From Chloroflexota bacterium (lineage in GTDB: Bacteria > Chloroflexota > UBA11872 > VXOZ01): a DNA stretch of 64,000 nt. Both the position numbers and the translations under genes were made by a program. The stretch spans positions 1,760,001-1,824,000 of the forward strand of contig OY760183.1 of NCBI GenBank assembly GCA_963663275.1, read 5' to 3'. A model generated the notes under the pieces. It was not told the DNA's origin. It saw nothing but the letters and a program-made list of their open reading frames with translations, and did not search any database. Below are positions 55,647 to 64,000 of the stretch, one piece after another. Numbering within the stretch: position 1 is the stretch's first letter; each line of letters starts with the position of its first letter.

Positions 55647-55718
55647 TAGCTTCACTGCCGCATTGAGTACGACCGCCGTATCGAGTACGACTGCCGTATC
55701 GTGTTTGCCTGCCGCATT
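55647..55718. repeat. Degenerate tandem repeat, 4 x 18 bp
   Basis: tagcttcactgccgcatt / gagtacgaccgccgtatc / gagtacgactgccgtatc / gtgtttgcctgccgcatt. Confidence 0.75.
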
Positions 55719-55806
55719 CAGTGTGCGGCAGGCTCAGGCGAACGAGAATCGACCAGCGGCGGCGCGTATACTGGCAGTCATCAAGGATTTACTGAAAGGA
55801 CGGGCC

Positions 55807-57651
55807 ATGGCTACAGCTACACCGCATAATCCCACGGTTGAACGCGATAACGCTAGTGAGAACGGACTGCTCAGGGTCTCCAGTCTCGCGGAGTTGCGGG
55901 AGCAGGGCGTGGTGACGGCGGCGGGGCGAGGGCATACGCTTGCCGTGTTCTGGCACAACGAGCGGGCGTATGCCGTGGACAACCGCTGTCCGCACATGGG
56001 TTTTCCGTTGGCGCGGGGCATCTGCGAGGACGGCGTGTTGACCTGCTACTGGCACTACGCCCGTTTCGACCTGGATTCCGGCGGCGCGTTCGACATCTGG
56101 GCCGGCGACGTGCGCACCTATCCGGTGAGCGTGCGCGACGGCGCCGTGTGGGTGGACGTGCGCGAGACCCAGAGCGCGGACGAGCGTTACGCGCAGGAAG
56201 CGCCGCGCTTGCAGAAGGCCTTGGACCAGGGCATTGCGCTCAATCAGGCCAAGTCCGTGTTGGCGTTGCTCGACCTCAAGCCCGCGGCGGCGACCAAGCG
56301 GATCGTGGCGACCACGGCGGAATTCGGACTGCGGCGGGGCTCAAGCCGCAATCCGGGCGGTTGGGGCGACGGGCTCACCATCCTCACGGCCATGGCGAAC
56401 CTCCAGCCGCACCTCCTGGCGGACGACCGGCCGCTTTCCCTCTACCACGGCACGCGCCGGGTGAGCGACGACGCCATGGGCCGCCAGGAACGCATTGTGC
56501 TCGATCCGCTGCCAACGAAAGCGATACCGGACGACCGCCTGAAGCGGTGGTTCCGGGAGTTCGTCGAGGTGCGCGACGCGGATGGCGCCGAACGCACGCT
56601 GCGCACGGCGATTGCGGCCGGCTGGCCGCCGGCGCGGTTGCTGGACATGCTGGCGGCGGCCGGCACCGATCACTACTACCGCGATTTCTCCCACGTGATG
56701 GATACGCTGGCCAAGGCCGCGGAACTGCTGGACATCATCGGCTGGGAGCAGGCCGCGGACGTGCTGCCGGCGCTCACCAGCCAGTGGGCCCAGGCCACGC
56801 GGGAAGAAGAACGGAACGCCTGGCTGCGGCCGGAAAACCTGGTAGCACTCGTAGAGGCGGCGGTGCCGGAACTAGGCGCTGCGGTCGATCTCGCGGCGCG
56901 GCCTACGGGCGGATGGGATGAGAGCCTGGTGGAGGCGCTGCTTGGCGAAGACCCGCAACGCAGTATCGACGCGCTCCTGGCGGCGTTCCGTGAAGGATTG
57001 GCGCTGGCCGACGGAGCGCAGGCGCTGGCGTATGCTTCCACCCTGCGTCTGACGCGCTTCCCCACCAGCAACGAGTTCGGCGATTGGGATACGGCGCTCC
57101 ACCACTTCACGTACTGCGCCTCGCTGGCGCAAGTGGCCAAGCGCGCCCCGTCCTTCGAGTTGGCGCGGGGCGTGCTGCACGGCGCGATGGTGGTCTACCA
57201 GGCGCGCTTCCTCAATATGCCCGCGGCGCGCCTGCCGGGAGCACAGGCGTTGGCGGCGCTGCCGGCGGACCCGACCGTTTTGCGGGAGCAACTCCTGCAG
57301 TATTGCGAACGCCAAGGCGGCGTGGACGAGGCCGGCGCGGTCACCTATCGCTACCTGACCCTCGGCCACGACCCGGCGCCGCTGATCGGCACGCTCGGCC
57401 ACGCGGTGCTGCGGGAAGACCCCAGCTTCCACGACTTTCAGATGCTGGAGGAAGGCGCGCGCCTGGCGCAAGACCTGGCGGCGGCCGGCCATGCCGAGGC
57501 TTCGTACCAGACGTTGGTCGCGATTGCCCGCTGGCAGGCGGCCCACGCGCCTACCCGCCGCGCCACGACCCAGACCTACACCATCGCCCGCCGCCTCCAC
57601 CGGGGCGAGGCGGTGTACGCCGATGGCGAGGACGGCGAGGGCACGTACTGA
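55807..57651 (+). CDS. Rieske [2Fe-2S] domain fused to a large helical domain of unknown function
   Basis: ATG after AAAGGA; NRCPHMGFPL...TCYWHYARFDL Rieske motif; about 490-aa helical C-terminal region. Confidence 0.85.
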   Translation: MATATPHNPTVERDNASENGLLRVSSLAELREQGVVTAAGRGHTLAVFWHNERAYAVDNRCPHMGFPLARGICEDGVLTCYWHYARFDLDSGGAFDIWAGDVRTYPVSVRDGAVWVDVRETQSADERYAQEAPRLQKALDQGIALNQAKSVLALLDLKPAAATKRIVATTAEFGLRRGSSRNPGGWGDGLTILTAMANLQPHLLADDRPLSLYHGTRRVSDDAMGRQERIVLDPLPTKAIPDDRLKRWFREFVEVRDADGAERTLRTAIAAGWPPARLLDMLAAAGTDHYYRDFSHVMDTLAKAAELLDIIGWEQAADVLPALTSQWAQATREEERNAWLRPENLVALVEAAVPELGAAVDLAARPTGGWDESLVEALLGEDPQRSIDALLAAFREGLALADGAQALAYASTLRLTRFPTSNEFGDWDTALHHFTYCASLAQVAKRAPSFELARGVLHGAMVVYQARFLNMPAARLPGAQALAALPADPTVLREQLLQYCERQGGVDEAGAVTYRYLTLGHDPAPLIGTLGHAVLREDPSFHDFQMLEEGARLAQDLAAAGHAEASYQTLVAIARWQAAHAPTRRATTQTYTIARRLHRGEAVYADGEDGEGTY

Positions 57652-57794
57652 AAAAGCAGGACTGTGGCCGGAGAGCGAGGGTGGCGCGTTGCATTCGCGT
57701 CAAGGAAAGTGGAACGGCATAGAGAAACGGGAAGTGTAAGGAGAAGGCAGCCACAAGGCGTTGGGCAGGCATTAGGAGCGGGTAGCCGCAAGGA

Positions 57795-57819
57795 GGGCAG
57801 CCACAAGGGCTGCCCCTAC
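57795..57819 (-). repeat. GTAG-type REP-like hairpin
   Basis: GGGCAGCCACAAGGGCTGCCCCTAC. Confidence 0.75.
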
Positions 57820-57947
57820 GGTGGGGGTGAAGAAAAAACAATCCCTACACCGGTTGGTTGCAAGTGGGTTAGAATAGGTGAAGAAGAGCGGGCCGGAGGA
57901 TGGCCCGGCTCTGTGTGTATTGAATCGCCGCAAAGTGAGAGACAGGC

Positions 57948-59348
57948 ATGGCTGGAAAGACGCTGTTCGAGAAGATCTGGGAGAGTCACGTGGTGCACGA
58001 GGAGCCGGGCGGACCGGCGCTGCTCTACGTTGACCTGCATCTGGTGCACGAAGTTACGTCGGCGCAGGCGTTCGAGGGGCTGAGGCTGAGCGGTCGTTCC
58101 GTGCGGCGGCCGGCGCTGACCGTAGCGACGGTCGATCACAACGTGCCCACGACGGAGCGCGGGCAGCCGATTGAGGACGACATTTCCCGCCGCCAGATCG
58201 AGGCGATGGAACAGAACGCCGCCGAGTTCGGCCTCACGTTCTACGGCTACCGGAACCCAAATCAGGGCATCGTGCACGTCATCGGGCCGGAACTGGGCTA
58301 TACCCAACCCGGTAAGGTGATCGTCTGCGGCGACAGCCATACCTCCACCCACGGCGCGTTCGGCGCGTTCGCGCTGGGCATCGGCACCTCCGAGGTGGAG
58401 CACGTGCTGGCCACCCAGTGCCTCATTCAGAAGAAACCCAAGACCATGGAAGTGCGGGTGGACGGCGCGCTGCCCCAGGGCGTGACGGCTAAGGACATCA
58501 TTCTGGGCATCATTGGGCACATTGGCGTGGACGGCGGCGTGGGCTACGTGATCGAGTACACCGGCGAGGCTATTCGCGCGCTCTCCATGGAAGGGCGCAT
58601 GACCGTGTGCAACATGTCCATCGAGGGCGGCGCGCGGGCCGGTATGATCGCCCCCGACGAAAAGACGTTCGCGTACTTGGAGGGGCGCAAGTACGCGCCA
58701 GAAGGCGCCAACTGGGAAGCGGCGCTGGCCTACTGGCGCACGCTGGCAACCGACGCCGACGCCAGCTATGACAGCGTGGTGACAATCGACGCCGCGTCGC
58801 TGGCGCCGCACGTGACGTGGGGCACGAATCCCGGCCAAGTGGTCCCGGTGACCGGCGCGGTGCCCAACCCAGGAGACTTGGCTACGCCGGAAGAGCAGGC
58901 CACCGCCGAGCGCGCCCTGACGTACATGGGTCTGGAAGGCGGCACGCCGATCCAGGACATTCCCATTGACCGCGTCTTTCTGGGGTCGTGCACCAACGCG
59001 CGGCTGGAAGACCTGCGGGCGGCGGCCGGCATCGTGCAAGGCAGGCGGGTGCATCCCGACGTGCGGGCGCTGGTGGTGCCCGGCTCGACGCTGCTCAAGC
59101 AGCAGGCGGAAACCGAGGGCCTCAACGAGGTCTTTCAGGCCGCAGGCTTCGAGTGGCGCGAGGCCGGTTGCTCCATGTGCCTGGGCATGAACCCGGACAT
59201 TCTGGCCCCCGGCGAACGCTGCGCTTCAACCTCCAACCGCAATTTCGAGGGCCGCCAGGGCAAAGGCGGCCGCACCCACTTGGTCAGTCCGCAGATGGCC
59301 GCCGCCGCCGCGATCGCGGGACGCTTCGTGGACGTGCGGGAATGGTAA
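57948..59348 (+). CDS. leuC: 3-isopropylmalate dehydratase large subunit
   Basis: [47 protein letters not shown]. Confidence 0.98.
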   Translation: MAGKTLFEKIWESHVVHEEPGGPALLYVDLHLVHEVTSAQAFEGLRLSGRSVRRPALTVATVDHNVPTTERGQPIEDDISRRQIEAMEQNAAEFGLTFYGYRNPNQGIVHVIGPELGYTQPGKVIVCGDSHTSTHGAFGAFALGIGTSEVEHVLATQCLIQKKPKTMEVRVDGALPQGVTAKDIILGIIGHIGVDGGVGYVIEYTGEAIRALSMEGRMTVCNMSIEGGARAGMIAPDEKTFAYLEGRKYAPEGANWEAALAYWRTLATDADASYDSVVTIDAASLAPHVTWGTNPGQVVPVTGAVPNPGDLATPEEQATAERALTYMGLEGGTPIQDIPIDRVFLGSCTNARLEDLRAAAGIVQGRRVHPDVRALVVPGSTLLKQQAETEGLNEVFQAAGFEWREAGCSMCLGMNPDILAPGERCASTSNRNFEGRQGKGGRTHLVSPQMAAAAAIAGRFVDVREW

Positions 59349-59414
59349 GGAGCGCAGGCGCAGGTCGACTCCTGCAAGTTATACCGATAGGCGCAATTGA
59401 ATAAGGAAAGCACG

Positions 59415-60023
59415 ATGGAGCCATTTGTCAAGCACACCGGCAAGGCAGCGGCGCTTGACCGCGCGAACGTCGATACCGACCAAATCATTCCCAAGCAGTT
59501 CCTCAAGCGGATCGAGCGCACGGGCTACGGGCCGTTCGCGTTCTTCGACTGGCGCTACTTCGAGGACGGCGCGACGCCCAATCCGGACTTTGAGTTGAAT
59601 GACGCGCGCTACGACGGCGCGACGATTCTCGTCACCGGCAGGAATTTCGGCTGCGGCTCCTCGCGCGAGCACGCGGCGTGGGCGCTGAAAGAGTACGGCT
59701 TTCTGGCCATCATCGCGCCCAGCTTTGCCGACATCTTTGCCAACAACGCGGTGGAGAACGGCATGCTCACGGTGGTCTTGCCGCCGGCGGACGTGGCCGA
59801 GTTGACGCGGCGGGCGCAGACTGTTGAGGACTACCGGCTGGCGGTGGACTTGGCCAAGACGACGGTCAGGGACGACCACGGCTTTGCGGTGGCGTTTGCG
59901 GTGGATCCCACCGTCCAACACCGCCTGCTCAACGGGCTGGACGCGGTGGGCCTGACCTTGCAACAGGAGTCCGCCATTACGGCGTTTGAAGAGCGGCGTC
60001 CCGGCTGGCTTGCCGCATCCTGA
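59415..60023 (+). CDS. leuD: 3-isopropylmalate dehydratase small subunit
   Basis: NVDTDQIIPKQFL, NFGCGSSREHA. Confidence 0.98.
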   Translation: MEPFVKHTGKAAALDRANVDTDQIIPKQFLKRIERTGYGPFAFFDWRYFEDGATPNPDFELNDARYDGATILVTGRNFGCGSSREHAAWALKEYGFLAIIAPSFADIFANNAVENGMLTVVLPPADVAELTRRAQTVEDYRLAVDLAKTTVRDDHGFAVAFAVDPTVQHRLLNGLDAVGLTLQQESAITAFEERRPGWLAAS

Positions 60024-60118
60024 ACGCGGCCGGCGGGGCAATGGGCTAACGCCTGGCTCCATGCACATTGCGCCGTAATCTCTTTGTCGATTGGCGCAAT
60101 TGGGGATGAGCGCCCGCG

Positions 60119-60589
60119 CTATGCGTCGGCAAAGTCACCGAGAGTGGGCCGTTCGACGGCGATGTAGTCCCGGCAGTTCATGATGATCGAGGCCGAGCGG
60201 CTGCCGGCGTTGAATGAGATGCGCTCATTCTCCAGCAGGCTGCGGTCCACATACGTGGGCAGGTCGAGCACGCTGCCAAACGGCGGCACCGCGCCGACCG
60301 CCAAGCCGGTGCGCTCGCGCAGTTCGTCCGGCGCGATCATGCGCAGGTCTTTGACGCCGAACGCACGCTTGAAGGTCCGCGTGCCCACGCGCTTGTGGGC
60401 CGGCACAACCGCCAGAATCAACTCCCCGTCCGCCGCGAAAACCAGCGCCTTCGCGCCTTCGCGCAAGGGCGTGCCGCGCACCGCGGCCGCTTCTTGGCTG
60501 GTCTTGACCGGCGCGTGCTCCTTGAAGTCAAAGATGACGCCGCGACTGCGGAGCAACTCTTGGATGCGTGCGGTTACTGACATTGTCAT
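60119..60589 (-). CDS. YbaK/ProX-family aminoacyl-tRNA deacylase
   Basis: GAKALV, GAVPPFG, FNAG motifs. Confidence 0.88.
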   Translation of the reverse strand: MTMSVTARIQELLRSRGVIFDFKEHAPVKTSQEAAAVRGTPLREGAKALVFAADGELILAVVPAHKRVGTRTFKRAFGVKDLRMIAPDELRERTGLAVGAVPPFGSVLDLPTYVDRSLLENERISFNAGSRSASIIMNCRDYIAVERPTLGDFADA

Positions 60590-60655
60590 ACGTGACCTCA
60601 TTGCTCGCTACAGGCTATGGGGGGTTGGAACGTGAATCCGCCGCTGGAATGCACG

Positions 60656-61081
60656 CTATACGCCGTCCACCAACTCGATGCGGTCACCGTAACGGCGAAA
60701 GTCCGCGGTATTGAACGTCAACAGTCTGCGCTCCCCGTGCGCCAGCATGGTCGCGACGATGTTGGCGTCGTGAATTTGCCGCCCGCCTACCGCAACTTCG
60801 CGGCACAGCGCAAGCAACGTCTCGGTTACCCCGGGACCATCCTCGAGTATCTCGAAGTTGCTCGTCAACCGGTCCGCGTCGGCGAGCGCCTCCTCCCGTG
60901 TAATGGCAATCGGCCACGTCTGCGGGCGCGTGACCACGGACAGGTATTCGCGCACAACCTGCCGGCTGATCCGCAGCGGTTCACGGTCTTGCAATGCGCG
61001 TTCCAGTCTTGCTCTGGCGCGGTCGTGGTGCGGGGCTTCGAGAATGCGGGCAGTCACGAGAACGTTGGTGTCAATGAACAT
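60656..61081 (-). CDS. PIN-domain (VapC-like) toxin
   Basis: MFIDTNVLV, QVVREY, IHDANIVATM, LLTFNTADF. Confidence 0.92.
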   Translation of the reverse strand: MFIDTNVLVTARILEAPHHDRARARLERALQDREPLRISRQVVREYLSVVTRPQTWPIAITREEALADADRLTSNFEILEDGPGVTETLLALCREVAVGGRQIHDANIVATMLAHGERRLLTFNTADFRRYGDRIELVDGV

Positions 61082-61088
61082 GCGAGAG

Positions 61089-61493
61089 CTAGATCCTGTC
61101 CTCGTAGATGTCCTCTCGCCCGAGGATCGATCCTTGCGGCCACGCCCCGGCGCGGTGGACGGGCCAGACCGCATCGAGCGAGCGCGGGCGCATGGCTTCC
61201 GCGCGCTGCCGCCGCAGCAGCAGCGTCTCAGAAACCATGTCCACCTCGGCTGTCTCCCAGCCGGCGGCGCTCCAGGCAAGCGCCTGGCTGTGACCGCCAC
61301 CCCCGCGTTGGTTGGCCCACCAGGGCCGGTGCAGGCGCGCGGACGTGGGCAGCGGGAAACCTAAGACGGATTCAATTTCGCTGAAAGATGCCCGCCATTC
61401 CGCGGCCCGCAGACGGCAGAGATACGTGTACAGTCTCTGATACTTGCCGCGGCTTGCCATCTCCCGATACTTCCGGTCTCGGTCTAGCTCCAT
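61089..61493 (-). CDS. Putative antitoxin (DUF7662-like domain plus REDIYED tail)
   Basis: KYQRLYTYL..SFSEIESVLGFPLPTSA..WWAN..AW..AGW domain; acidic C-tail; 7 bp upstream of the PIN gene. Confidence 0.65.
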   Translation of the reverse strand: MELDRDRKYREMASRGKYQRLYTYLCRLRAAEWRASFSEIESVLGFPLPTSARLHRPWWANQRGGGGHSQALAWSAAGWETAEVDMVSETLLLRRQRAEAMRPRSLDAVWPVHRAGAWPQGSILGREDIYEDRI

Positions 61494-61685
61494 GCTGGGA
61501 CCGCCTCCGCGTCACGAATTGGAAACGCGATTTCTCAGGTAGTATTGTAGGTAGTTAGTGTATGCCGCGCAAGAAGGGGAGGCGGTTTCGCGAGCAAGGA
61601 CGCCCCCGCCGTGGGTAAGCAGACTGTGACGCGGAGCGTCGCTCCGTCGTCCACCCGCTTTGAGGTCGCCTACTAAAACAACAAG

Positions 61686-61884
61686 AACCGTTCGTACTTC
61701 GACAGGCTCAGCACGAACGGTTCCTGATAGGTGGCACTACAATCCGTTCGCCCTGAGCGTGTCGAAGGGTGATTGGAACCGTCGCACGTTGGCAAACAAC
61801 CGTTCATGCTTCGACAGGCTCAGCACGAACAGGTCCTGATAGGTGGCAATGCAATCCGTTCGCCCTGAGCGTGTCGAAGGGTGA
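61686..61884. repeat. Two direct ~87-bp copies of a family C REP doublet
   Basis: 61686-61772 and 61798-61884: CTTCGACAGGCTCAGCACGAAC ... GTTCGCCCTGAGCGTGTCGAAG. Confidence 0.88.
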
Positions 61885-61924
61885 GCGGATGAAAGCGCCC
61901 AGCAGCACTCTTGCATACACCTGC

Positions 61925-62683
61925 TTAGAGCAAGCCCGCGGTCAGGCCGCCGTCGACGTGGATGACTTGGCCCGTGATATACGACGCGGCGTCGCCGGTG
62001 AGGTATGTTACCAGCGCGGCGATCTCCTCCGGCGTGCCCGCGCGCTTGATGGGCAGTTTCTGCATCAGGCGGTCCATCAGGTGCGGCGGAATGTCGTGGG
62101 TCAGGTCGGTGGGGATGTAGCCGGGGGCAATGGCGTTCACCGTGATGCCCCGGCTGCCCATCTCCACCGCCGTGGAGCGGGTGAGAGCGACCACGCCGGC
62201 CTTGGCGGCCGTGTAGTTCGCCTGGCCGGGGTTGCCGACCAGCCAGCCGACCGACGTAATGTTGACGATGCGGCCCCAACGCTGCGCCAGCATGGGACGC
62301 AGCGCGGCGCGGGTGCATAGGAACGCCCCCCGCAGGTTGGTATCCACCACCAGGTCCCAGTCTTCGTCGCGCATCTTGAGCACCAAGGTATCCTGGGTGA
62401 TGCCGGCGTTGTTTACCAGCACGTGGAGGTGGCCGAACGTCTCCAGAGTGCGCCCGACGACGGCCTTCACCGCTTCAGCGTCCCGCACGTCCCCGCTGAC
62501 GGCCAGCGCGCTGCCGCCCTGGTCTTGGACGTGGGCTACCGCCTCCAGCGCGGCTTCTTCGTTCACCTGGTAGTTGATCGCAATGTTCGCGCCCGCGGCG
62601 GCGAGGTGCAGCGCGATGGTGCGCCCGATGCCGCGCGAAGCGCCGGTCACGAGCGCGGTCTTGCCGGCGAGGTGTTGTTCCAT
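61925..62683 (-). CDS. fabG: 3-oxoacyl-ACP reductase-like SDR
   Basis: TGASRGIG, NNAGIT, GNPGQANYTAAKAG, YITGQVIHVDGG. May be a paralogue, as there are no fab neighbours. Confidence 0.8.
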   Translation of the reverse strand: MEQHLAGKTALVTGASRGIGRTIALHLAAAGANIAINYQVNEEAALEAVAHVQDQGGSALAVSGDVRDAEAVKAVVGRTLETFGHLHVLVNNAGITQDTLVLKMRDEDWDLVVDTNLRGAFLCTRAALRPMLAQRWGRIVNITSVGWLVGNPGQANYTAAKAGVVALTRSTAVEMGSRGITVNAIAPGYIPTDLTHDIPPHLMDRLMQKLPIKRAGTPEEIAALVTYLTGDAASYITGQVIHVDGGLTAGLL

Positions 62684-62840
62684 AGTCTCGCTGCGTTGTG
62701 AATGCGTACCATGCCGCTGGCGAGTAGCGCGCGGGTCGCGACGAGGTTGCGTCCGATGCACGGGCGCACCGCCATGCGCCGCGTCGTGCACGAAGTCCGT
62801 CTACGCCTGGCGGGCGCCCTGGCGGCCGCGCCGCCGGGCG

Positions 62841-63683
62841 TCACGTCTTCTGCGCGACCACTTGCAGCCAGTAGCGGGGCACCGTCTTCAGTTTCAACTC
62901 GCGTAGCGCTTCCCGGATGCCGTGCTTCAGCACCTCCGCGCCCACGTCCAGCGGCACGCTGGGCAAGACCCCTTCGATGAAGAGCGAATAGTCGCTGATG
63001 TCTTCCAGGCTCGCCTGGGTCATTTCGACCTGGCGGCATTCCAGGTGGGTGACGGTAAAGCCGCTCTCGCCCAGCAAGGCTTCATACTGTTCCGGAGAGA
63101 GCCAGCGCATGGCGGTGGTCTTGGCGTCTTTCACCACCTTGACGTTGGGGTATTCGCGCCGCATCTTCTGCACGGCGCGGACCACCCACAGGCGGTTGGC
63201 CTTCTGGGTGATCGGCAGGTACGCGCCGTCGAAGAAGGTAGTATTGAAGGCCACGACACCGCCGGGATTCAGCGACTTGCCAATTTCCCTGAAGACGGCG
63301 TGCTTATCCTCAATCAGGTGAATGGCGTTGCAGAAGAAGAGCGCGTCCGCGGACGAAACCAACTGGGAGACGTTCTCCGCGCTGCCATGGAGAAACTTGA
63401 CCATGGCGTTGGCGACGCTCTGCCGCGCTTTATCCAGCGCCAAGGGAGAAGGATCGATGCCGAGAATCTGCGCCTTTAGTCCGACACGCTGCACCTTGCC
63501 GAGGATGAGGCGGGTGATGGCGCCGGTGCCGCAGCCGAGATCGACGATGCGCCGCTGCACGTTCGGGTCGAGCCGCTCCAGGAAGCCCAGGGCGGATTCC
63601 ACCAGATGGGTGTTGGTCTCTCGATAGAACTCGTGCCGAGCGAACGGCTCGAAGGAGTAATCTGAACTATCTGTCGTAGCCAT
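62841..63683 (-). CDS. Class I SAM-dependent methyltransferase
   Basis: IVDLGCGTG, GIDPS, LNPGG motifs. Confidence 0.88.
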   Translation of the reverse strand: MATTDSSDYSFEPFARHEFYRETNTHLVESALGFLERLDPNVQRRIVDLGCGTGAITRLILGKVQRVGLKAQILGIDPSPLALDKARQSVANAMVKFLHGSAENVSQLVSSADALFFCNAIHLIEDKHAVFREIGKSLNPGGVVAFNTTFFDGAYLPITQKANRLWVVRAVQKMRREYPNVKVVKDAKTTAMRWLSPEQYEALLGESGFTVTHLECRQVEMTQASLEDISDYSLFIEGVLPSVPLDVGAEVLKHGIREALRELKLKTVPRYWLQVVAQKT

Positions 63684-64000
63684 AGAAGACCTTCCTCTTT
63701 GCCGGCGCGTTCACTCGCGCTTTGCGGTCACGCGCCGCCCACGTCCTCGCGCAACCCGCGCCGCTAAGCGCACACAGGAGCATCATCCCCATTATACGGG
63801 TTTTAGCAAGCGCGGGTAGCCTGTCCGGCGTTAGCCCGCTACACCCGACGGAGGTATAAGCGAAACCTCGCAGAGAGGCGAGAAGTCTCCGCCGCGCGCG
63901 GCAGCCTGTCGCGGAACGCAGTGCTACAATAGGCGGAGAAGCGCCGCCGAGCGCGGTATAGAGGCAAGCGGCCCAGACGCCGCGTTTGCGGTCAATGTAC

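Noticed and set aside
57652-57947. Leucine attenuator or T-box upstream of leuC
   Set aside because: No Leu-rich leader peptide, T-box motif or terminator was found; the region is mostly REP-derived.

Overview
High-GC bacterial chromosomal window, most consistent with a Chloroflexota genome (inferred from the short 168-aa EF-Ts, the acidic helical insert in RpoC and the Tat-lipoprotein solute-binding proteins). The housekeeping backbone comprises pdhABC-lpdA, dtd, rpoBC, secA, rpsO, rqcH, lhgO, rpsB-tsf-pyrH-frr-uppS-cdsA, leuCD and a FabG-like SDR. Interspersed accessory genes are three orphan ABC solute-binding proteins, a znuACB-like transporter, hydrolases and oxidoreductases, two orphan DNA methyltransferases (one beside a probable restriction-endonuclease remnant), an ABC-ATPase + TOPRIM-like gene pair, an atypical PIN toxin-antitoxin pair and a Rieske fusion protein. 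Intergenic DNA is crowded with at least four families of REP-like palindromes and two families of small non-autonomous elements (MITEs), which insert into these palindromes and carry them. One REP copy lies in frame inside rpoC. Three 18-bp-period tandem arrays are present, as is a promoter-anchored ~150-nt structured RNA candidate upstream of rpsO. No rRNA, tRNA, CRISPR array, transposase or prophage was recognised. All calls come from reading motifs by eye; no database searches were run.
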